DNA from: an uncultured Pseudomonadota bacterium
Lineage (GTDB): Bacteria; Chloroflexota; UBA5177; JAJPKF01
Direction: 5' to 3'
DNA: 64,000 nucleotides
Assembly (NCBI GenBank): GCA_963836045.1
Contig: CAWIIC010000003.1
Span: forward strand, 2,854 to 66,853
The translations under genes were made by a program, and so were the position numbers. Below the pieces are notes generated by a model, which was not told where the DNA came from, did not search any database, and worked only from the letters and a program-made list of their open reading frames with translations. Positions 48,168 to 58,778 of this stretch are shown here, one piece after another. Positions within the stretch are counted from its first letter, which is position 1, and each line of letters begins with the position of its first letter.

Positions 48168-48980
48168 GTGGACCTCGAAGAGCCGGCCGCGTCTCACGCC
48201 GTCGCTGTCGCTGACTCTTCCGAGCGTGCTCGGGCCGGTTGGCAGCACCCCCACGTGCTTGCAACGACGGCTATTCTTCTCTTCGTTGCATGGCTGGTAC
48301 TCACGGGCGTTCTCATTGCCGCGGGAGAGGTGGTGACGCACTCACGGGCGGTAACGGCCTGGGATCGCCAGGTAACGGATTGGGTGGTAGCCCACCGGTC
48401 GCCTCAACTTAACGCGGTTGTGAAGGTGGTTACCTGGCTGGGAACCTGGATTGCGCTTGCGGTCGCAGCAACTTTGATTGGGGCTCTGGCCGCTCTCCGC
48501 CGGCTGCCGGTCTTTGCTGTTCTCCTCGCAGTTGTCGCGTGGATCGGCGAAGCAGCCGCGGTCTCGCTGGCGAAGAACGTGGTCCGCCGCCACCGGCCCT
48601 CCGAGAAGATATGGCTGATGACGGCACATGGATGGTCCTGGCCGTCGGGGCACGCGGCAACGGCCGCACTCGTGTTTACAGTGCTCGCAATCGTGGCGAC
48701 ATACCTGGTTCGAACAACCGTCCTGAGGCTTCTGGCATGGATCATTGCACTGCTTGCGGTGTTCGCGGTGGGTCTATCCCGGATTGAGCTGGGAGTACAT
48801 TGGACGACCGACGTGGTCGCCAGCATTCTGTTCGTCAGCCTGTGGATCGCGGTACTGGCTGCGGCCGGTGTCCTAGCGCATGCGCCTGCCCTGCAGCCGG
48901 ATCAGCTCCCAGATAGAGACTTCAAGACGGGTGGAAAACCCCAACGGTACCTGAGTCGGTGGCACCCCCGCGCCGGATGA
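48168..48980 (+). CDS. PAP2-family phosphatase (membrane)
   Basis: PAP2 motifs KNVVRRHRP, PSGH and SRIELGVHWTTD. Confidence 0.8.
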   Translation: MDLEEPAASHAVAVADSSERARAGWQHPHVLATTAILLFVAWLVLTGVLIAAGEVVTHSRAVTAWDRQVTDWVVAHRSPQLNAVVKVVTWLGTWIALAVAATLIGALAALRRLPVFAVLLAVVAWIGEAAAVSLAKNVVRRHRPSEKIWLMTAHGWSWPSGHAATAALVFTVLAIVATYLVRTTVLRLLAWIIALLAVFAVGLSRIELGVHWTTDVVASILFVSLWIAVLAAAGVLAHAPALQPDQLPDRDFKTGGKPQRYLSRWHPRAG

Positions 48981-49250
48981 AGACTCGTGAGCCGGCAGTG
49001 AGTTAAGACGCTTCCGGATTGACTCCAGCACCTCGCTCGCTCCATCGCGGAGGCGCCGCGATCATAAGCGCTGCATGTCCATCCTTCCCGGTGAAGTGGA
49101 TCGTCTTGCCAAGAGGTTCGTGACTTTGGTCATTCCTCTCAGCGCCGAGACACATGGCCTGAGCCACATCACAAATGACCTCGATGGCAGTACAGTGATC
49201 GTAAACCGGCAGGGTTCGACCTTGCCCAAAGGGATTGAAGGAGATCTATT

Positions 49251-51512
49251 ATGTTTGGCTCTTGGGCACGTCTGATGTACCGGCGTCGATGGTACGTCAT
49301 CGCAAGCTGGCTGCTGATCTTGCCCTTCACCGTCGCGATTGCATCGCAGGTCGGCTCGGTACTGGGTCCCGGCAATTTCGATGTGGCCGGCAGCCAGTCG
49401 TATTACGCCGCCGCAATCCTTCGTAACCAGTTTCACCAAAATGCACAGACTGACACCCTGATCGTCGTACGCCCGAACTCGGGCACCGTGGCCAGTCCGG
49501 GATTCGCCAGCACGGTGTCGACGATCGTCGATCGCATCCGCTCCTACTCCGCGCTGAAAGTCACTCAGGTCGACAATCCGCTCGTGACCGCCGACGCCCA
49601 GCTTATGGCCCGCGACCACCGCTCCATAGCACTATTGGTCAGGAGTAGTCTCCCCGATGCGGCCATTGAAAGCAAGATCGTCCACCTTCGCAGCCTGGTC
49701 TCCGTTCCTGGGGTAACGACCTACGTCACCGGCGGCCCTGCCCTCAACCACGATTATGCCGTCAGCAGCCAGCACGACCTCAGTACGGGAAACACCTTCG
49801 CCATTCCTATTCTGGTCATCGTGCTCCTGCTCGTCTTCGGCACCCTGGTTGCGGCCGGGCTCCCGCTTATGCTGGCCATCTTCTCCATTCCCGTGAGCCT
49901 TTCCGGCGTGTACCTCTTCGCTCATTTCCTGAACACGTCGATCTACGCCACCAACGTGGTGGAGGTGCTCGGACTCGGTATATCTATCGACTACTCCCTG
50001 TTCATCGTGTACAGGTTCCGTGAGGAGCTCCGCCTGCATGACGGTGATCGCGAAGCCGCAATCGTTCGGACTATGGCGACCACTGGGCGGGCCGTATTCT
50101 TCTCCGGCATTACCGTGGCCATTGGCCTGGCGGCGCTACTCCTCAGCGGCGTAGTGTTCATGCAGTCTATGGGCCTCGCCGGCATTCTGGTACCGATTTC
50201 GGCACTCCTCACCGCGTTCACGCTGCTGCCGGCCGTCCTCTCGGTTCTGGGCACCAAGGTGAACCGCCTCCGCGTGCTTCCGGTCCGCATGCTCGAGCCG
50301 GGCGAGCGTGGCCCGTGGCACCGGCTGGCTACCGCGATCATGAACCGTCCGGCGCTCATCGGCGGTGTGGTTTTCGTGGTACTCCTCCTGGCCGCCTACC
50401 CGACGACTCACCTGGCATACTCCTATGGCGGCCTCAAGAACGCTCCCCGCAATCTGCAGGCTGTCCAGGGCTATGTCTGGGTACAGAACAACTTTCCGAC
50501 CAAGGCTGATCCCGCCGTTGTGCTCATACAGGGCCCGCGTGCCGGATCGATGATTCAACCTCGCGCCATCGCGGGTTTGCGGTCTGTTCAGGCCGCCCTG
50601 TCCAGATTGCCCGGCGTCGCCGGTGTGGCCGGCCCCGCCACCTATCTCAGCGGCGACGTGGCGCCGTCCGCATCACAGCTCAGGAAGCTCAGCGGGCAAT
50701 ACCTTACCTCGGACGGACGGACCGCGCTGATCGCGGTCGAAACCAGGGATGCCGTTGGGACCAGCGGAGCGGCAAATGTGGTCCACGCCACGAGGGCGTT
50801 GTTGCCGCGGTCGGCTACGCTGCTTCCCCCCGGAAGCCACACGTTCGTCGGTGGCTCCGAGGCCGGGTACTACGACTGGGACAACGTCGTGCTGGGACGG
50901 TTCCCGTACGTCGTTGGCCTGATCCTTCTGCTGACCTACTGCTTCCTGTTCCTCGCCTTCCGCTCGGTGTTCTTGCCGCTCAAGGCGGTGCTCCTCAACC
51001 TACTGTCGGTTACCGTGGCATATGGGCTCATGGTACTGGTCTTTCAAGGCGGCGTCGGCTCGAGTATCTTGTCTTTCTACCCTGAAGACGGAGTTGCGAC
51101 CTGGGTCCCGATCTTCATGTTTGCCTTCCTCTTCGGGTTATCAATGGATTATGAAGTCCTGCTATTAAGCCGCATCCGCGAGGCGTGGCTTTCGACCGGG
51201 AATAATCGAGAGTCGGTTGCGTTCGGTTTGGAGAAGACGGGCCGGCTGATAACGTCGGCGGCGCTAATCATGGTCATCGCATTCTCGTCGTTCCTGCTCG
51301 GCCATCAGATTCAGTTCAAGGAGTTCGGCTTCGGGCTGGTCATCAGTATTGCGATAGACGCCTCGCTCATTCGCGTCGTGTTGGTGCCTGCGATCATGGA
51401 AATCATGGGCGACTGGAACTGGTGGGTGCCGCGATCGCTTCGCGGTTGGGCGTATCGGTCGAGCTCCACGCCAGACTATGAAGAGGTCGAAAAAGATGCC
51501 GTTCCGGCGTAG
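49251..51512 (+). CDS. MMPL-family (RND superfamily) transporter
   Basis: 753 aa, two 6-TM bundles, and MMPL blocks (GLGISIDYSLFIVYRFREEL; GLSMDYEVLLLSRIREA). Confidence 0.85.
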   Translation: MFGSWARLMYRRRWYVIASWLLILPFTVAIASQVGSVLGPGNFDVAGSQSYYAAAILRNQFHQNAQTDTLIVVRPNSGTVASPGFASTVSTIVDRIRSYSALKVTQVDNPLVTADAQLMARDHRSIALLVRSSLPDAAIESKIVHLRSLVSVPGVTTYVTGGPALNHDYAVSSQHDLSTGNTFAIPILVIVLLLVFGTLVAAGLPLMLAIFSIPVSLSGVYLFAHFLNTSIYATNVVEVLGLGISIDYSLFIVYRFREELRLHDGDREAAIVRTMATTGRAVFFSGITVAIGLAALLLSGVVFMQSMGLAGILVPISALLTAFTLLPAVLSVLGTKVNRLRVLPVRMLEPGERGPWHRLATAIMNRPALIGGVVFVVLLLAAYPTTHLAYSYGGLKNAPRNLQAVQGYVWVQNNFPTKADPAVVLIQGPRAGSMIQPRAIAGLRSVQAALSRLPGVAGVAGPATYLSGDVAPSASQLRKLSGQYLTSDGRTALIAVETRDAVGTSGAANVVHATRALLPRSATLLPPGSHTFVGGSEAGYYDWDNVVLGRFPYVVGLILLLTYCFLFLAFRSVFLPLKAVLLNLLSVTVAYGLMVLVFQGGVGSSILSFYPEDGVATWVPIFMFAFLFGLSMDYEVLLLSRIREAWLSTGNNRESVAFGLEKTGRLITSAALIMVIAFSSFLLGHQIQFKEFGFGLVISIAIDASLIRVVLVPAIMEIMGDWNWWVPRSLRGWAYRSSSTPDYEEVEKDAVPA

Positions 51513-51544
51513 ACAGCGAGCTACGTCAGAATGAAGACGGAGCA

Positions 51545-52894
51545 ATGAGCGCCAAACCACCGAGAGTATTGAAACCAGTTGAGTCTCCGCAGGGGAGCCT
51601 GGCAAAGCGGTGGCGGGCGTACGCTGACGGGCCGGACGCCGCGCAACAAGGTTGGCCCGCTTCGCTGCGGATGGCGGGCTACATCACGTGCGCGGGCGCC
51701 ACAGTCGGTATTGGTCTTCAGGCCGGCGCTAATCATCCGCTTGAGCTGGTCGCCGTTGTAGCGGCCTCTCTGGCCTTCGTCGCGGCATTTTACGTGATAA
51801 CCCAGATGCCGGGGCTACGCCGGGGTGTCGTGCTCCTACTGACCGCTGGTCAGCTCGTGCTCGCCTGCGGCATCTTTCTCGTCGCAGGCTGCACTGGTGC
51901 GGAGCTGCTGCTGTTTGTGCTGGCTGCCGAGTGCCAGATGGTATTTCCGCTCGTGATTGCCCTCACTGCCACCGTGGGCTTGTGGCTCCTGTCGGTGCTC
52001 ATCGTAGGGCTAAACGGCTTTCACGCTCCGGGCGAGACCTGGGCACAGTTTCTTGCCACGTCGCCCGCCGGCTTCGCCTTCGTCGCGGCCTTCACCTACA
52101 ACGCGCTTGGCGAGCGCCGGCTGCGGATTCACACGACCGAGCTACTCGAGGAGCTGAATCAGGCACATCAACAGCTCCAGTCGTACACCGATCAAGTCGA
52201 GGAGCTGGCCGTCGCCCGAGAACGCAATCGTATGGCCGGGGAGATACACGACACCCTGGGGCACTACCTCACGGTCGTCAACGTTCAGCTCGAGACCGCC
52301 ATGAAGCTTCATGAGCGAAACCCTGAGGCGGCGGCGGAAGCAATCTCCGTGGCGAAAGTCCAGGCGGCCGAAGCCCTCAGCGAGGTTCGGCGCTCGGTCG
52401 CTGCGCTCCGACCCGCAGCGCTCGACGCCGGCTTCTCGGAGGCGCTCGCCCTCTTTATTGACAGCCTGCGGAAATCGACGGACCTCAAGATTCATCTCGA
52501 AACCCACAGCACCGAGCGCCTGCCTCCGGAGATTGAGGTTGTGGCGTATCGTGTGATCCAGGAGGCGCTCACCAATGTGCGCAAGCACGCCCGAGCTCGA
52601 AATGTCTGGATACGTCTCAAGGCGGACGAGCAGGGATTCGACGGCGAGATTCGCGACGACGGTCGCGGCGCGAAAGACCTCGAAAGCCAGGGTTCGTTCG
52701 GCTTGCAGAGTATGCGCGAACGCCTGGGCGGCGCCGGTGGGTGGCTCAGGACCGAGTCGATCACGGGTGAGGGCTTCTCGGTTGAGTTCCATATCCCGCC
52801 GCAGCACCGAAGGGTAAACGGTGACCCGGTCGAGGCCGGATCATATAGCACGGGATCCACCCCACCCCCTGCTCGCTCCCGTCACACTCGGTGA
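51545..52894 (+). CDS. Sensor histidine kinase (HisKA_3/NarX-DesK type)
   Basis: Multi-TM N-terminus, H-box ERNRMAGEIHDTLGHYLT, and an HATPase_c region (NVRKHARA..., DDGRG, GFGLQSMRER). Confidence 0.85.
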   Translation: MSAKPPRVLKPVESPQGSLAKRWRAYADGPDAAQQGWPASLRMAGYITCAGATVGIGLQAGANHPLELVAVVAASLAFVAAFYVITQMPGLRRGVVLLLTAGQLVLACGIFLVAGCTGAELLLFVLAAECQMVFPLVIALTATVGLWLLSVLIVGLNGFHAPGETWAQFLATSPAGFAFVAAFTYNALGERRLRIHTTELLEELNQAHQQLQSYTDQVEELAVARERNRMAGEIHDTLGHYLTVVNVQLETAMKLHERNPEAAAEAISVAKVQAAEALSEVRRSVAALRPAALDAGFSEALALFIDSLRKSTDLKIHLETHSTERLPPEIEVVAYRVIQEALTNVRKHARARNVWIRLKADEQGFDGEIRDDGRGAKDLESQGSFGLQSMRERLGGAGGWLRTESITGEGFSVEFHIPPQHRRVNGDPVEAGSYSTGSTPPPARSRHTR

Positions 52895-53568
52895 ATGCTA
52901 CCCGGGTCCTCGTCGTGGACGATCAGGCCCTCTTCCGGCAGGGTCTTAGGACGCTGCTGGAGCTGGAAGAGTCGATCGAGGTAGTGGGTACGGCGGTGGA
53001 CGGCAGCGACGCCGTCCGTCTGGTGGACCAGCTTCTGCCTGACGTAGTGCTGATGGATCTTCGAATGCCGGTGATGGATGGTGTCGTTGCCACACGCGAG
53101 ATAAAGCAGCATCACCCGGAAATCCATGTGCTGGTGTTGACGACCTTTGACGACGACGAGTCGATCGTCGGTGCACTGGAGGCCGGCGCCAGCGGTTATG
53201 TCCTCAAAGATACTCCCTCTGAGCAGCTTGCGCGGGACATCAACGTCACGAGAGCCGGAGGATCGGTGCTGTCGCCGTCCGTGGCCGGACGGGTGATCGC
53301 CCAGATGGTGGGCCACCATGACGCTCGTGGCGAGCCGTCTCACCACATTGATAGCGCTGTGGATTCCGAGGGCCGGGAGCGACTCAGCGATCGGGAGATT
53401 CAGGTCTTGGCGCATGCGTCGGCCGGCCTGTCGAACCGTGAGATCGGGCAGAAGCTGTCCATCACCGAGGGCACCGTCAAGAACCACTTTTCCTCTATCC
53501 TCTCGAAACTCCACCTGCGTGACCGGACGCAGGCGATCCTCTTCGCGCGTGACCGCGACTGGATTTAA
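52891..53568 (+). CDS. Response regulator, NarL/LuxR family
   Basis: Receiver domain (VLVVDDQALFR...DVVLMDLRMPVMDG) plus a LuxR HTH (LSDREIQVLAHASAGLSNREIGQKLSITEGTVKNH). The GTG start overlaps the kinase stop (GTGA). Confidence 0.9.
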   Translation: MNATRVLVVDDQALFRQGLRTLLELEESIEVVGTAVDGSDAVRLVDQLLPDVVLMDLRMPVMDGVVATREIKQHHPEIHVLVLTTFDDDESIVGALEAGASGYVLKDTPSEQLARDINVTRAGGSVLSPSVAGRVIAQMVGHHDARGEPSHHIDSAVDSEGRERLSDREIQVLAHASAGLSNREIGQKLSITEGTVKNHFSSILSKLHLRDRTQAILFARDRDWI

Positions 53569-53718
53569 TCGAGCGTCCGCGCAACAGGGGCTCTGCTGCC
53601 TCACGCGGCATGTGGCACCGTGCGGGGTTGGGCGATAACCCATCTTCGGGCACCTGCTTGCGGCAATTCGGAGCAGGGTTCTGAGCCGGCGAGGCGACGG
53701 CGGACTTTCAATATTCCT

Positions 53719-53916
53719 TTAGCTGGGCTTCTGCTCTCCGGCATTCAGATGGTAGTCCGGGGCCTTGGCCTTGCCGGTAGGGTGCCCCAGCCGATCCAAC
53801 TCCTTGGTCAGGGGCCTCTCATCGGTCGGTTGCATGGCCACCGCTCCTGCATAAAGGACCCACAAGCCGACGGTAATGAGCACTAAGCCAGTGATTGACC
53901 ATGCGAGCAGGCTCAA
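53719..53916 (-). CDS. Hypothetical small membrane protein
   Basis: 65 aa with one TM helix (LLAWSITGLVLITVGLWVLYAG). Abuts the PRC-barrel genes. Confidence 0.35.
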   Translation of the reverse strand: MSLLAWSITGLVLITVGLWVLYAGAVAMQPTDERPLTKELDRLGHPTGKAKAPDYHLNAGEQKPS

Positions 53917-54191
53917 CCTGCCTGCTCCGGCTGGCGGTGGTCGTGCAGAGTCACTAGCCGGATCTGCCCATCGCAGTCTTCCACGTGCTCCCAGCCAATC
54001 CGCTTCGCCGGCCGCTTCCTCAACCCAAGACGGTGAAGCAGCGCGCGGGGCCCGATGCTCAGGGCGATGACGTGAAGCTGACCTCCACGGTCGGCGGCGA
54101 TGATGTCCTCGATTCGGCCGACACGCCGGCCGTTGCCGTCGACGACGTCCATCCCTATCAGCGTGCTGTACAAGACCTTCTTAGATGGCAT
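53913..54191 (-). CDS. PRC-barrel domain protein
   Basis: LIGMDVVDGNGRRVGRIEDIIAADRGGQLHVIAL matches the PRC-barrel pattern. Confidence 0.6.
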   Translation of the reverse strand: MPSKKVLYSTLIGMDVVDGNGRRVGRIEDIIAADRGGQLHVIALSIGPRALLHRLGLRKRPAKRIGWEHVEDCDGQIRLVTLHDHRQPEQAG

Positions 54192-54572
54192 TCACGATCC
54201 TGGAAGTTTGCGAATGAAGCGGTGCGAGACTGCGGCGGCCAAACGGTTGAGTCCGGTTTGGTCTCGGTCGACGACGAGGGTGACGACCACACCGATGCGA
54301 TCGACGCAATCCCACGGAAGTTGCACCGGGGCGGGCTGTTTGAGCCCGAGGCATCGATAAAAGAGGCGGACGGACCACCGCAAAGGCTGGGGCCAGCGAC
54401 AAGAAAGCGCCATCGGGCCTGCAACGATCGCTTCTACCCGCGGGAATTCCCCGGGTGGATCAGCTCGCATCGTGATCACGAGATCGTCCACCATTCCGCA
54501 GCGCCTCTCGTCCTTGCTCACCAGTGCTCTGTCTACCACTTGCTGACCAAGCCACAGCTCATCTCTGGTCAT
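54192..54572 (-). CDS. PRC-barrel-like domain protein
   Basis: WLGQQVVDRALVSKDERRCGMVDDLVI...PRVEAIV is PRC-barrel-like. Sits directly downstream of the NRAMP-like gene. Confidence 0.45.
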   Translation of the reverse strand: MTRDELWLGQQVVDRALVSKDERRCGMVDDLVITMRADPPGEFPRVEAIVAGPMALSCRWPQPLRWSVRLFYRCLGLKQPAPVQLPWDCVDRIGVVVTLVVDRDQTGLNRLAAAVSHRFIRKLPGS

Positions 54573-54575
54573 CGT

Positions 54576-55802
54576 TTAGAGGCTCCCAGAAAGAAACAGC
54601 AGAGGTATGGCTGCGATCGTTACCACGACGAGAACGGCGATGATGAGCAACGCGACCCCGTTCATGGCAAGAGTATTGGTTTGCGAGCCCATGAACGAGC
54701 GATCGTTTGCGACGACGAGCAGCGGCACAAAGTTGAACGGCAGAGTGACCGCCGAGATTGCCATGGCAAGCGTCGTCATCAAGATCGGATCCACCCGAGT
54801 TTCGGCCACGAGGATCGCGAGCAGCAGGAGCAATAGAACCATGAAATGAAACAGTGGGGCATTACGCGGCTTTGCCTTCTTTCCCCAATCCCAGCCGAAA
54901 TACTGCATGATCACGTAGCTCCCGCTCATGCTGGCTTCGAGTCCCGCACCGAGACAGACCACGAATGTCCCGGCTAAAAACACTCCTAACCCTGGAAGGC
55001 CGAAGGCGTGCGTCGCCGGGATGAGAGTGGAGGCAAACGTATTGACCATATTGTGCAGAGGATGCAGAAAGAGGTAAGCATCCACCATGAGCGCCAGGGC
55101 TATCCCCGCGCCGAAGGCGGTACCCACGATGGGGACGATTTTGTTGGTCATGAAGTTACTGGCGTCCCACTGCTCCTCGAGGGCGCCCGACGAATAGAAC
55201 GCAAATTGATAGGGGGTCATGTAGGCGCCAAGCAAACTCACAACCATGAAGAGATAGGCCGGCACCGGGTGGGCCGTCGACATCGACGGGTGCAGGAGAG
55301 AGCTTCCGATCGCGGCCCAGTTTCGACTAAACCTCGCCATGATCACGATCGCGACCAGCATGAGCAAGCCGAGGGTGGCCGTCGAGTTGTCGAGTAGATC
55401 GAACCCGGCGAACCAGATGATCGACGCAACCAAGAGTGCCGCCAGCGGCACGAACAGCAGGTAGGACAGATGGGAAAGGTATGCCAGTACCAGAGACATG
55501 CCGGCCAACTCCACGAAGATGGTGAGCAGCTGTGAAATCGACGTAGAGATCAGGGGAATGAGAGCCAGGCGAGAGCCGAGCCGATCCCGAATCACCTCGT
55601 ACATCGTTCGACTGGTCGAGATGGTGATACGTCCTGACATTTCGGCAAAAACTGAAAACCCGATAATGCCGATTACCAGGGTCCAGACGAGCGACAGCGC
55701 AAACTGAGCCCCTGCTTGCAGCGACGTCACGATGCCACCAAAATCCAGGAACCCACCTATGCCGGCAAGTACGCCGAGAGCTAGGGCTCCGACTCGTTTC
55801 AT
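54576..55802 (-). CDS. NRAMP(SLC11)-related transporter with a non-canonical metal-site motif
   Basis: GGFLDFGGIVTSLQAGAQFALSLVWTLVIG aligns with MntH's ...DPGN...LQAGAQFGY.LLW. The TM6 region reads LLGAYMTPYQFAFYS, against GA..MPHN. Confidence 0.75.
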   Translation of the reverse strand: MKRVGALALGVLAGIGGFLDFGGIVTSLQAGAQFALSLVWTLVIGIIGFSVFAEMSGRITISTSRTMYEVIRDRLGSRLALIPLISTSISQLLTIFVELAGMSLVLAYLSHLSYLLFVPLAALLVASIIWFAGFDLLDNSTATLGLLMLVAIVIMARFSRNWAAIGSSLLHPSMSTAHPVPAYLFMVVSLLGAYMTPYQFAFYSSGALEEQWDASNFMTNKIVPIVGTAFGAGIALALMVDAYLFLHPLHNMVNTFASTLIPATHAFGLPGLGVFLAGTFVVCLGAGLEASMSGSYVIMQYFGWDWGKKAKPRNAPLFHFMVLLLLLLAILVAETRVDPILMTTLAMAISAVTLPFNFVPLLVVANDRSFMGSQTNTLAMNGVALLIIAVLVVVTIAAIPLLFLSGSL

Positions 55803-56487
55803 TGCGTCAGTGTCCCCGCACTGGTTTCGCGTCTCCGCTCTTCGGCCAGGTCCACTACTCGATGCTCAAGACGTCGGGCGATTGCCATACGATTCCGTGA
55901 ATCTCCTGAAGCCGTAGGACATAACCTCACGTTCTGATACACGCGTCCAAAGGATTCTTGGCCAGGCTTCTCCCCTTTCCAGTTGTTCGTCAAAGCATGA
56001 TCCGGGCCGACCCTCGCGGAAGGTCATCTCCGACGCGACGCATCGCCCGGAGCTAGAGGCGGCTGATCAGGCGATCGACCGTTGCGTGGCTCTCGTTAGT
56101 CCCATACCTGTCTCGGACGGAGCTCACGCGAATACACCGGCTTTCCTCGTGCAGGTGTGGAAGATCGGTCCGGAAGGAAGGTCAAGGATTGCTTGAGCTC
56201 GACACCGACAGGCTCGCGTGGCCTGACCTGAGAGCAGGCGGACGACATGGACTCGCCGGGGCGCGGCAGGCTAAACGATTCTTCTACCTAACGGATGGGA
56301 GACCGCCATTGAGACCGAGATAAGCAACAATTGCCACGGCGAAAGCGCGATGCAAGTTTAAGGCTACGGCGGATTGTCCGGGACAGGCACCGGCAGGTAC
56401 ATCGACGATCCATCGCCGGCCAGTTGCTCCAGCGCTTGGCGCTTCATCGCGGATCGCAGTCGATGGGTGCGGCCTATCAGGTGGCAG

Positions 56488-58375
56488 CTACTTCATAAGC
56501 GAGATCAAAGGACTATACAGTGTCGGCAGCATCCACGCCCGGTACTCCGTCCATCCGTAGAGCGATTGCGAGAACAACGTCTTGCCGGCCGGGTTGACCT
56601 CGACATCCTGAGCGAAAAACGGAGAGACCGAAATCGTTCCAGAGGAGAAGAAGTAATTCCCGTTGGGCAGCCTCTGAGCCGAACCCTGGGCCGCCGAGTA
56701 GATTCCGAGATTCGCGTTCAGTAGCTGAGTAGCCGTGTGCGTCTTCAGGTCCAGGCGGTATACCTGTCCCCGGGAATCGCAATAGGCCTGCCCGCGGCAG
56801 GTTGACGGGTCTGTCACGCCGGAGCCGGCGACTCGGGTATCCCCATCGTCGAGTAACTCGATAGTATTGTTGCCGGTGTCGACGAAGTTAGCATTGTGCT
56901 GGTGTGAGAACCAGGGCCAGGGGTCTTTCTTGTCCAGAGGAACCAGCTTGAAGTTTCCACCCTGGCCCAAACGCCAGATGACGTGCCCATCGCCCGTTCC
57001 GTTGGCATAGTCGATCTTTACGACCCAGTCCTGGTTTCGTAAGGATACGAGCAAGTTTCCATCGGTCGAAGAGTATTCGATCGAGTTTGCATGGGTCCAA
57101 TCGGTGATGAGCGCGGCATCACCCGGCACGGGGCATACAAATGTTGAGAACCTGATTGGGGTCGCGCACGTATCGTTCTGCGTGGGTATACGACTGAGGT
57201 CGAGATGATCGAAGGCGTCCCATACCCACACGACCTGAAGGTTGCTATCAAGGACGATTACCATGTCTCCCCTGACCGGCAGTCCCCCAACGGTCTTCTC
57301 GTCGATACCGATCACTGCCAACCGGCCGTCGGGAAGAGGCATCGCCTCGTGGCCCAATCCGTAGACAGGACGGTGGCCGAGGGCTTTCAGCTGGACGTTT
57401 AGCTCCTGTATGTTCGTCTCTTGCAGCGGGTCGCCGGCGAGATCCGTCACACGAAGGACGTTGTCCGACGGCTTGCTCAGCGGCTTCTGGCCGTCCTCGC
57501 CAAATAGGTAGACTCTAGCCCCCAATCCTGTTCCGGGAGCCGGCGCCATTCGGACGGGCCACACGTTCGTCAGGTCAGCCTCGTTGAGATACCAGACCTC
57601 TGCCCCGTTCGTCAGAGTTCCGATGGGATCTTGAGCGGCGGGGTCCGCACTGCCCCGCCATCATATGGACGATCATCCCGGATCCCGGACCCGAGCCTGA
57701 GACGAATGTTCGCGCAAAGGCCGGGGTTAGGTATAACACGGAGGCGGACGAAGTCGTGGTGCCGCCCTGAGTCGTGAAATATTTCAGCTGGTAGTACTGG
57801 TTTGGCAGCATTCCGGCTACCAAAAAGTTCAACCGCTGCCCTGAGCAATTCTGAGATCCCGTGTACTGAAAGTCGCTCGAGTAATAATGCGCAAAGCCTA
57901 CCTTGACCTGCCCCTTTGAGCATGCGGGCGTAGTAAACAGCGCGACCGAAGGGTCGCTGGTTGGCACAACCGCTCCGTTTGCTCCGGAATTTTGAGGCGC
58001 AAAGGAGATCTGTCCGCTGACGGTGCGGCTCGTAGCAGCACCATAGCCGGGCGCAACCGCCGCACGGACGTAGTAATTCCCTTGGATGAGCGGCGCCATC
58101 GAAAAGGAAGCGCTGGTACTGAAGTCGCGGACGATTTGATACGGCCCCGCTTGGTTTTGCGCAACACTAAACCGATAGACACTCCCGCGTGCTCCGCCGG
58201 AGACCGTCCACCTAACCAGTGAACCCACAAGAGGCGGGGAGGCAGCGTCTGCGCGTAACTTCAAGCTGCCTGCGTACTGAGGGCTTGCTTGGACAGGCGT
58301 TCCTGCCACGGCTAACAAGGAAACGACAGCTATCAGCAGGGACGTGCACGCGATCAAGCGCCAAGCGATAGGCAT
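56488..58375 (-). pseudogene. Arylsulfotransferase (ASST)-family beta-propeller protein, one frame break at ~57660
   Basis: The signal peptide and N-terminal domain lie in ORF 57575-58429 (start taken at MPIAWRLIACTSLLIAVVSLLAVAG). The ASST-like propeller lies in ORF 56488-57564 (DWTHANSIEYSSTDGNLLVSLRNQDWVVKIDYANGTGDGHVIWRLG). The propeller frame stays open upstream as WRGSADPAAQDPIGTLTNGAEVWYLNEADL. Confidence 0.65.
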
Positions 58376-58778
58376 AGTTGAGATCCTCCATTCTCCAGAT
58401 ACACGCGATAGATCGTAGGGACGCGGCAATCAAATGAAACCCCACTAACCAGACGATGCCGTCAAGCCCTTCTGCAGGTTAGTCAAGTTTACAGAACAGC
58501 TCGGTTTCTTGCCAGTCGACCGCGGCACGCGTAAACAGTGGCAACAGTAACCGGCTGCATGAAAGTCATGGGCGCCGCCTTCGATTTGTAAAGCCTCACC
58601 GCAGGGAAACAGGCTGCGCGGGTACATCGCACTGGTCGACAGGCACAGACGTTCGCGGCAAGTCGACGTCACGGCCAAATTGCTAGCGGAATGTCGGCAG
58701 ACTGTGGGCGCAGTTCATGGTGCTGCGGCCTTCGCTAGGGCACACTGACCTCATTGATGTTTCGGTTGACGACACAGA

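Noticed and set aside
49062-49619. 185-aa minus-strand ORF overlapping the MMPL gene start
   Set aside because: It overlaps the well-supported MMPL N-terminus on the opposite strand, and no family is recognised.
52142-53643. 221-aa and 253-aa minus-strand ORFs (52142-52807, 52882-53643)
   Set aside because: They lie antisense to the histidine kinase and response regulator, both of which carry unambiguous motifs.
53985-54836. 283-aa + strand ORF
   Set aside because: It lies antisense to the PRC-barrel and NRAMP-like genes. Its composition is Arg/His/Asp-rich, typical of the reverse frame of a GC-rich gene. No motifs are present.
55900-55980. yybP-ykoY (Mn) riboswitch upstream of the NRAMP-like gene. 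The minus strand reads GGAAAGGGGAGAAGCC, similar to the conserved AAAGGGGAGUAGC block.
   Set aside because: There is one mismatch in the core. I could not find the second conserved half or the four-way pairing. The transporter itself lacks the canonical Mn-site Asn. It needs cmsearch RF00080 before any call.
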